A stretch of 64,000 bases of DNA from Octopus vulgaris (Eukaryota), in contig OX597817.1 in assembly GCA_951406725.2 (NCBI GenBank), forward strand, positions 9,858,001 to 9,922,000, given 5' to 3'. Below the pieces are notes generated by a model. The model saw only the letters and a program-made list of their open reading frames with translations. It made no database searches and was not told the DNA's origin. The stretch's first letter is position 1. Each line of letters begins with the position of its first letter. Made by a program: the position numbers and the translations under genes. Positions 55,267 through 64,000 of this stretch are shown piece after piece.

Positions 55267-56202
55267 ATATACGGCGGAGCCTTACCCCCTTTGCCAGTCA
55301 TTAAGTACAACGCTTTGTGGCTTTTAAGTTGTGTTAACACTTATTTCTAGCAATAGCTGGTGCTGGTCAGTACCCTCGGTCACTTTCGAAACCTTTATTA
55401 ATTTTGCCTTTAGGTTCAAATTGCTAATAAGCCACCCATTTAATTTAATTTGTTGTTTACACTTTTACTAATTAGGAAATCAGGTCAAGAATATATTACA
55501 ACCAGGAGATATGGGATACCCTTCGCTAAGCACTACACCGAATGCACTCAGACACTGCCCACTCGAAGCATTGAAACCTCTTAGACAAGTGATATATCCT
55601 TGAATATATTTACCACACACAACTCTGACATACACACATACACATAGTCATATATTCTATTTTTCTGAGGTCAGTTTTTCCCCCATATTCAATGTCCCCT
55701 CTCTCATCTTCAACTATATAATATACTACTCCGCCAAATATTGTGTTTATTCAAAACTAGTCGTTTTTGGTCTATTACTACTATTATATTACATATAATA
55801 TCATTTATTTTAATAATGTACTCCAGATGATGTACCATTTTAATCTATCAGTACTTCCACACTATATAAATATTTCTATTTATAACTAGACTAATCCATT
55901 TAATCCTCACTTATTTTCCCTACGTCTTTCCTCATTCTCTCCCTTTGCGTTCCAAATATAACATTGATCTAAATATCATGTTACAGTCTCTCTCTCTTAG
56001 TCAAAGATTACACGGATTCAAAGGAATAGCCAGATTAAAACCACAATTCTCTAGACATACTTATTTCCTTTCAAATCCCAGTTATAATTCCCTCCTAAGG
56101 AATGCTTTCAAGCACGTTCAGTAATACACTAAACGCGCACACCTATATAATTAAGCTACATTTCTAATTATTATAGGCTTGTATCTTACCTTCCATAAGC
56201 AC

Positions 56203-56425
56203 AGCAGAACTGTTAGCACACTGGGCAAAATGCATAGCGGCATTTCGTCCGTCTTTACGTTCTGAGTTCAAATTCCGCCTAGGTCGACTTTGCTTTTCAT
56301 TCATTCGGGTTAGATAAATTAAGTAACAGTGAAACACTGAGGTCGATGTAATCGACAAGTTCCCACCCCTACCAAAAGAAACAAGAAAATTCTGGCCTTA
56401 TGTCTTTAGTAGAAAGGATTATCAT
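56203..56425 (+). mobile_element. SINE family B, short-tail subtype
   Basis: gcagaactgttagc..cgttctgagttcaaattccgcctaggtcgactttgc..ggccttatgtctttagtagaaagg(att). Confidence 0.85.
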
Positions 56426-56458
56426 CATTATTATTATCATTAGAAAACGCGATATACA

Positions 56459-56853
56459 TCTTTATATATAAAAGTAAGGTTGTGTGTATGTCTCCTACGA
56501 TTTAGATTCCTAACTACTCCCACATTTCGTGGTGCAGTTTAACCAAAACCGGGTATCTTATAGTCGTGATTCATATCGAGCCCTTCTGGGTATCAGCGCG
56601 CGTCTACGATGAGTCTACGATTTTAAAATAATTTACAATCATTTTTTTCCATTTTAATGCATTTTTTCGCTATTATATAAGGGAAGTAACTCTCTAAAAA
56701 TGTCTACGATGAGTCAACGATTCTTAACAAATTTACCATAATTTTTTTCCCATTTTTAATGCATCTTTTTGCTATATTTTGGCTATAACTCTCTAAAAAT
56801 GCTTTATAGTTATTTCCCTTACAAACCCGAGCAACACCGGGCGATACTGCTAG
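56459..56853 (+). mobile_element. Non-autonomous Helitron (variant: different 5' body, shared 3' end, internal ~100-bp tandem duplication)
   Basis: A|TC...CTAG|T; last ~110 bp match copies 1 and 2; gtctacgatgagtc at 56602 and 56702. Confidence 0.85.
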
Positions 56854-57132
56854 TTACTTATATTAAATTAGAATCCTTAGAACATAGCCCCAGATTCGAA
56901 CTTTTACAGTATGGTTTACGCCTACTAATAATTTATCATTTCTACGTCAAAAAAATAAAAGGTTGAACTATGCCCTCTAAAAACTGGTATATAATAGATT
57001 ACATCTACTTATTTTTATTATTTATTCTGTCTTTCTATTTGTTATCACACATTTAAGCAAAATCCTCTTAAATCTGTACATTTTTCATGTTCGTGAGACC
57101 GCGAATGCATAATCTGTTCGTTATTGCATTTG

Positions 57133-57665
57133 TGTCATCTGGACGTCATAGCTATTTGATGATCTTAACATCGCTGCCCCTATAGTCTGTTGCATTTTTC
57201 CTCAGCTTGGACACTCACCGAACACCTTGACATTTGGCCTGATGGTACTTACGCCCTCCTGTTACAGACTATTCTGATTATATCTTGGGAAAAGCATCTT
57301 AACGAAGACGTATCACAGTTTTATTGCAACCACTGACGTCAACAGAGAAAGAGAGAAGAGAGAGAGAGAGAGAGGGAGAGAGAGAGAGATGGTGGAGGGA
57401 GAGAGAGAAAGAGAGAGGTGGGAGTTAGATAGGTGAATGCACTTTCTAGGGCATTGCTGAAGGACTAAGCAACAACTCATCAGATATACACTGCTATGGA
57501 CATGTTCGCATGGCTATACACTGGCCGTGATCCGCCAAAAACCTTCAACGACCAGATCTATACAGACACGAGATGTTGCTCTGCTGACCTCCCCGAATAC
57601 ATACAGAATTGTGAATGGCTCGTGTCAGGTAAAATCGATCAAATGATATTTAACAACTGATAAGA
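57133..57665 (+). mobile_element. RTE-group LINE 3' portion, decayed, interrupted by (GA)n
   Basis: SAWTLTEHLDIWPDGTYALLLQTILIISWEKHLN; HFLGHC*RTKQQLIRYTLLWTCSHG / GRDPPKTFNDQIYTDTRCCSADLP, like the RTE C-terminal GHCWR..LLW.P.HG..GRP.KT. Confidence 0.7.
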
Positions 57666-57814
57666 TTTTAACGACTACCAAGGAAGCGAGTGATGCTGAT
57701 ATGGGCAAGATTTGAACTCGGGACACAAAAGAGAACTAAAGTCAATAGGATTGTTCGACATTGTGCCCTCGCCCGCTTGCTACACACACACACAGATACA
57801 CACACACATACACA

Positions 57815-57855
<41 letters not shown>

Positions 57856-57868
57856 TCTCTCTTCCTCT

Positions 57869-58205
57869 ATTGGTCCAGGCCATGGCTAATTTAATAGCGT
57901 CACGTGATAGGATTAGCTAAATCCTTTTTAATTCAAGTTTTGTGGTATCATGATCCATTCGAGTAGAGAGTTCTTGTTGAGTTAGGTGTATCCAGGTATA
58001 GGTGGCTTATGTTGTATTCCTTGGAGAAATTTGTGCAGATTCCGTTTAAAGGTGATGGGATCCTTTTCCTATTTGATCGCTTTCGGGACAATGTTAAATA
58101 GAGCAGGGGAAAAAGAAATTGTGTTGCAGTGTATTTATGTATTGTGATCCTGAATAGGGTAGGGGACTATGGCCCGTAGTCCTAGCCTTGGATGAATGCT
58201 GAAGC
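57869..58205 (-). mobile_element. CR1-group LINE 3' end, same family as 5942-6546
   Basis: Reverse complement similarity to 6176-6515. Confidence 0.85.
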
Positions 58206-58372
58206 CATATATATATATATATGTGTGTGTGTGTAAATGAGTGGACACTTTACCGGTGAGTGTGTTAAATAATATGGCACTAAAAGAGAATGACTTTCCC
58301 CAGACGCAACAAAATATGCTTCAACACACGAACTCCCATACAGAATATTGCAAACCAAATCCCAAAACGAAG

Positions 58373-58407
<35 letters not shown>

Positions 58408-58899
58408 TCATATATGTATGTATATGTATACATGTATGTATATATGCGTACGTATATGTTTGTATATACGTGCTTGAGAATATGAGCTCATATTTGTGTG
58501 TATGTATGCACGTGTGTGCGTGTATCTGTGTACAATACATGAATGCATACATACATTCATATGCAGACACAATCACACAAACAATGCGTGTGTGTGTGTG
58601 TGTGTATGTGTGTGTGAGTGTGTGTTTGAACACATACAAAATCACACGTTGCAAATTGCTTTCAAGCTAACGCTTAATGAATTGATAGATAACGGCTGCA
58701 AAATATTGAGGATGTTATCATTTTGGCAGATAAAGGAATTAACGTTTATCTTTCAAATCCTGTTGTTATTTCCCTCCCATAAGAAAATAATTGTAGCAAC
58801 ATAAATAAGCCTTGCGATATTTTACGTACCAAACATGGAGACTCCAAAACCGAGAATCTATATTGCCTAGAAAAATACCATACAACTTTTCATCTTGAA

Positions 58900-59430
58900 A
58901 TCACGTGAAACTAAGCCTTGAATGGCTTTTTACGGAATTTTCTGGGTAACAGATCCGCTATGGTAATCTATTGGCAGAGACGCGTTCACTAAGTGCGTTT
59001 CTTCAAATGAGTTACATTCTTTGGTCAAGCATGGGATTTTAGTGTCCAAAATTTTCCTTCTATACATAATTGTTAGAAGGTTGATTGATTTTGTTCTTGG
59101 GATACTCCTGATGTCAATGAGGATGCGTTGAGAAACTATTTTCAGAGAACATTCAGATGAGACGTTTGGGTAATTTCCAATTGAGTTGTCAGTTAGGAAT
59201 AAATTCTACAACTAAATTACCAACAATCAGTGAGTTCTATGCATGACCGACGAAATTAATCTCAACGTATTTATACAGATTCAAATTTCAGGAATTATGG
59301 TAAAGGTTCACGTATATAGATGTTCTGGCTGTCACCCAAGACACTTGTTAACATTAATCTGTCACCTTCCCTCCGAAAAGATGCTGAATAATTTTCCTCT
59401 GCCTTATTGTTATTACTCTCTGTAAAGAAT
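58900..59430 (-). mobile_element. Possible very old LINE RT remnant
   Basis: Minus LTSGVSQEQ (cf. TSGVPQGS); otherwise weak. Confidence 0.3.
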
Positions 59431-60651
59431 AAGAAAGCGGACAAGGCTGTAAAAGCTGACAGTATTCTACTTCCTTTGACAAAACGACGTCAATTCTTTG
59501 TTGCGAATGCGTGCATTTGTGTTTGTGTGTGTGATTTGGTTAGAGGGATTAACTAGAATCAAGGCACATCAACACACAAGACACCAAAAGTGGTTAGGTA
59601 CGATAACATAGAGCTCACGAGGAAGTAAGCCACATTGAAGATATCAAATATTGTTAAGGTACTATAGACATGCATGTACCAAATCCAATTTAAACCGTAC
59701 AACCAACTCATTGGTTGACCCCTGGTGTAGCATCCGCATGTGATGTAGTGAGGTTGTTGATTAAGTAATAAATCAAAATAGTGATAATTAAGTATATTTA
59801 AAGAAAACCACGGCTCTCTGTGCGTTATTTTGCCCCCAGTTTATATAATATATATTACATACTACTTGAATATAAAGTTTTCAATATAACCTTTCCTAAT
59901 TTAAGATTGTAGGGTGTGATTTAAAGGCTCGAGTTTCATAATTTCATTTATTTTTTTTGTGTGTGTAAGAAGTCGTGTAGTTATATTAGTAAAAATTGTG
60001 ATAAATATTGAGAAGAAAGACTGGTATTTTTTCGGTTACACTTATATATATATACTTACATTTTCTCCATTATAAAAGCACATATATTCATACACATACA
60101 CACGCCCGCGAATACATATGCATACACACACACACACTCACAGTCACACACACATTTTCTAAATCAAATTCTGCTTCTACTCCTTACTCCCCGTTTCCCA
60201 AATTCAACTCTCCACCTAAAAATTTCATTATAGTACACGAATTTTCTCTCTATTTCTATCAATCTCTCACGTTGTATCTCTCTGATTTTATATAATTACC
60301 TCTTTAATTCCACATCTATATTTTACACTCTATCTTTCTCTTTTTCCATTTGCACGACTCACTCGCGCTATTTCTTCCTCTATCTCACGCTTTCTCCAGG
60401 CATTTCTATATTCTACTGTCTGCTCACATAATTGCCAGTTTCATAAGCTGCTCACTTCTCTACACTCTTCTCTCTTCCTTTCTAAATCTCCCCTCTATAT
60501 TATTTCTATTAAATCTATCTGTCTTTATAAATGCTGTGCCTCTCTTTTACATCTCTCAGTTTAGTCGTTGGATTTGATTGATGTGAGATTTTGTTGGTGA
60601 TTGAAGGAGTATACAGTACACACTAAAAGCTCGACTTGTGACTTGCCGGTA

Positions 60652-60707
<56 letters not shown>

Positions 60708-60952
60708 TTTGAATTTCATTTCATTGACTCGAACAGCCATTTCTAAATCGCATCCATAACCATTTTATGTTAAATTATTTAATGCAGTGATCGACAATAC
60801 AGTTTTAATCAATTACAATGACATCCATAATAAACGAAAAATCATGAGCATTACTAATAAACCTTGTCATGAAAGGTGAAGGGAGACAATCTAGGAATCC
60901 AACTAGACTAAAATTAATTGCAGTGGAAAGGTACTCTTATTATTGGTAAGAA

Positions 60953-61023
60953 CTGTAGAAAATTCAGATTTGTTTCGGTTCTATGAAGCCTCTTCAGCCA
61001 GGCATATTCTTACATGCTTTTAC
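60953..61023 (-). ncRNA. Hammerhead-like core in a ~70-bp dispersed direct repeat (copy 1)
   Basis: Minus: ctgg CTGAAGA ggcttcatagaacc GAAAC aaatctgaattttc TA cag. Confidence 0.4.
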
Positions 61024-61707
61024 CAGACTTTACACTGACTGAACGTATGTATTTTTAGTAAAATTAAAATATCTACGGGTTAAGCATTTTGCAGTTAATA
61101 GCAAAAGGAAATTTCTCATCGATAACTTCTACATGAGAATGTATAGTTAGTGAAGGGTGGACCCTGTATTCTTAAGGTAGTGAAACTCTAAAATATGTTC
61201 GATTATTTAAGATTACATCAGCAATGGAAAAGAAAGTAATTAGCGTTAATGTTGACAGAATTTACTTGGGAGCATGTTATACAAAATCTTTTACGACATC
61301 TGAACATGGAATATTTATAAGAAATAGGGTTAATATGAGGTAGTGCTGAAAATTTCGAGGCTCTAAGGGTCTTGCGAAAGGTCTTGTTGGAGGCCCAACC
61401 TTCTGAGTTCTTTTACAAGGCTTAGAAAAACTGAAGGACCACTGCAATAAGTGTGTGAATCTGAAGGAAATACTGATCCTCATCCTGTATTTTCTTTTAC
61501 CCAAAGTCAAGAACTTTTCAGTACCCCCTCACACAATGTCGGTCATCTCAGATATATTTTCAAATTGTGTTAAATTCTATATTATGATCCCCTTAAGACC
61601 GCAAGGAATTTTTTTCTTGAATGAATGGAATATAATCAGCTACATGTATATTACATATATGTAATGTATCGGCTCAGAAAGAATAAGAAAATTCATATGC
61701 TATAACG

Positions 61708-61950
61708 CTTCTTTTATCTTTTAATTATTTCAGTCATTCATTGGACTTCAGTCCTCCTAGGGAACCAAATGAACCGATAGGTTACGAGAAAGTAAAGAAA
61801 CTAACACCAGTTGTAAATCGGTTGGGTGGGTCGTGTATATATACATATATGGTATTGGTCATCGTGTGCATGTATGTATATAACTGTATGACTGAACCAG
61901 AAAACATCTAGTTGCAATGCTTCTTAACTACACAGCTATTTTAGTGCCGA
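61708..61950 (-). mobile_element. SINE family A, highly diverged and deleted
   Basis: tttcagtcatt..aacaccagttgt..gactgaaccagaaaacat..cttcttaactacacagc. Confidence 0.5.
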
Positions 61951-62129
61951 TCTAGATAATCTGCAGAGACAAAACTAAATAAACCTAATTATATATATAT
62001 ATATATATATAAACATATATACATTGGTACTGTAGACTAAGAAAACGAAAAATTTTGCTGCTCATGATTGGCGTAAACTATATCATCATGATTGGTGTAA
62101 AGTAAACTGACTCTATCCAAAACACTTTT

Positions 62130-62485
62130 GAGATGTAATGTAATGTAATATAATATGATATAATATGATATAATATGATATAATATAATACAATATCTTA
62201 TGATATATAACATAATACATCATGATATATTATAATGTATTGAATATCATTATATGTTGTACAAAAAAAGTATGCTGATTCGCGACATACTCTGATTCAT
62301 ATTTAGAGCTATTTAGAGCTATTTTCTCTTAGTATCTTATTTCATGATATATCATATCATTTTTATGAAATTTAATGCCGTATTATATTATATTATATTA
62401 TATTATATTATATTATATTATATTATATTATATTATATTATATCATATCATATCATATTATATTATATCATATTATATTATTATA
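62130..62485. repeat. (ATATA/TATTA)n pentanucleotide repeats
   Basis: Direct inspection. Confidence 0.85.
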
Positions 62486-62575
62486 AATATAGTATTATGT
62501 CAAGTTTTAAGAAATCAACATATATGCAAAGTTAGGAATGCAGTGATAGAAACACTTGAGCACTGAATTGATCGT

Positions 62576-62648
62576 CTGTACAAAATTCAGATTTGTTTCG
62601 GTTCCATGAAGCCTCTTCAGCCAGGCATATTCTTACATGCTTTTACAC
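62576..62648 (-). ncRNA. Hammerhead-like core in a ~70-bp dispersed direct repeat (copy 2)
   Basis: Minus: ctgg CTGAAGA ggcttcatggaacc GAA acaaa tctgaat tttgt A cag; 5-bp stem III, GUA triplet. Confidence 0.5.
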
Positions 62649-63294
62649 TGAGGTATTTGAGGTGAAATCTGGAATCCGAGGGAAAAATTAAAACTGCATC
62701 AGCAAGGATTATTCAATACAAATGTTTTTCAAAAAAGCTGATAAATTCAGTACCACGAGGAGAGCAGATATACGTTTCGGATTCTTGTCTTTCATCTGAG
62801 AGTGAGGAAGTTATTTGGAAAAGTTTTGTTTGAACATTGGTTGTAGCAGGGAAAAGGCATGAATCGGAAACAACAACACTATTAATTGTATTTTCCACGC
62901 GGTCAATCGAAGAGTGCCGGAGTGTTATGTCCTATACTCCTCAGGTCTATTGAAAATATTGAATTCTCATTTAAGCATTTATTTCCCCACTTGTAAATAT
63001 AATCTTAGATTATAGAACTTTTCAGTTTTGGAGAGTCAAGAAAATATTAAACATATCTTAATGTAAATTCAATTGGTTATATAGCTTCTCTGCAAACGTG
63101 TGGCGACATCACGATGTATTAGTAAGAAAGAACTCAATCAATATTATTCACATCTTATTTTTTAACACTTTCAAAATATTATTTGACACATTCTAACTGC
63201 TTCTGCCCTTTATTAAATGACGAAACAAAATCGTTTAAATTAAAATTTAGTTATATTTTACGGTTTTTTCATTGTCGTCTGCACCTTAACGATA

Positions 63295-63335
63295 ATAATG
63301 ATGATGAAATTCGTCATCACCATAAAATCATCATC

Positions 63336-63380
<45 letters not shown>

Positions 63381-63747
63381 TTCATCACCATCAAATCATC
63401 ATCACCATCACCATCATCATCATCACCATCACCGTCATTCGAAATGTTAGTAGTAGCAGCAGCATCTACATTAGACTCAACGACAGTGTCAGCAGCAAAT
63501 GTATCAGCTAGCTGAAGAATCTATGGAGACAAGAGGAACAGCTAGAGCAGCAGCAGCAGATGCTGCACCGGTAAGAGCAGCAGCAGCAGCAGCAGATGCT
63601 GCAGCAGATGCTGCAGCAGAAACTGCAACAGCAACAGGAAGTGAAGTAATAAGACCTGTATTGACAGCAGCAACCTTGATAATATGTAACTGCTAGTACT
63701 ATCATTTCAACTTCTTTTCTACTACTACTGCTACTACTACAACGACG

Positions 63748-63810
<63 letters not shown>

Positions 63811-63828
63811 GCTACTACTACAACGACG

Positions 63829-63887
<59 letters not shown>

Positions 63888-63905
63888 AAGTAGCAGCAGT
63901 AGTAT
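63295..63905. repeat. Compound triplet repeats (CAT/GCA/ACT)
   Basis: Direct inspection. Confidence 0.9.
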
Positions 63906-64000
63906 AGATAAAATGGTAGACCTGTACACTGACTGTTATACTGTATTCCGTTTTCAGTCTCTATGATATAAGGTCAAATCCGGAGACTGTTCTACTCTTC

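Larger units (their letters stand above)
54784..55484. mobile_element. Retrozyme-like / PLE pLTR-like locus: ~337-bp hammerhead-bearing unit, ~1.2 tandem copies on minus strand plus an inverted copy on plus strand
   Basis: gtcacaaaagtgacag at 54784 and 55121 (337-bp period); 55203-55484 is the reverse complement of 54784-54974 and 55035-55184. Confidence 0.75.

Overview
AT-rich, microsatellite-saturated eukaryotic DNA that looks intergenic or intronic. The repeat inventory resembles an octopus/coleoid genome, but that is an inference. No host protein-coding gene, rRNA, intact tRNA or CRISPR array is supported, and most track ORFs are microsatellite artefacts. The window holds decayed non-LTR retrotransposons (several R4/Dong-like RLE elements, CR1-like, RTE-like, one Penelope-like RT piece), at least four tRNA-head SINE families (my labels A-D) that swap 3' tails, three non-autonomous Helitrons and hAT MITEs with 8-bp TSDs. 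The strongest finding is at 54784-55484: a ~337-bp tandem unit carrying a type I hammerhead ribozyme, plus an inverted copy, which fits a retrozyme-like or Penelope-pLTR-like locus. Other notable items are further hammerhead-like cores (20.9 kb, 61.0/62.6 kb), a ~350-bp foldback palindrome, a locally templated insertion inside a SINE, and an apparent link between retroposon tail type and flanking microsatellite. All alignments and folds were done by eye, so coordinates of diverged elements are approximate.
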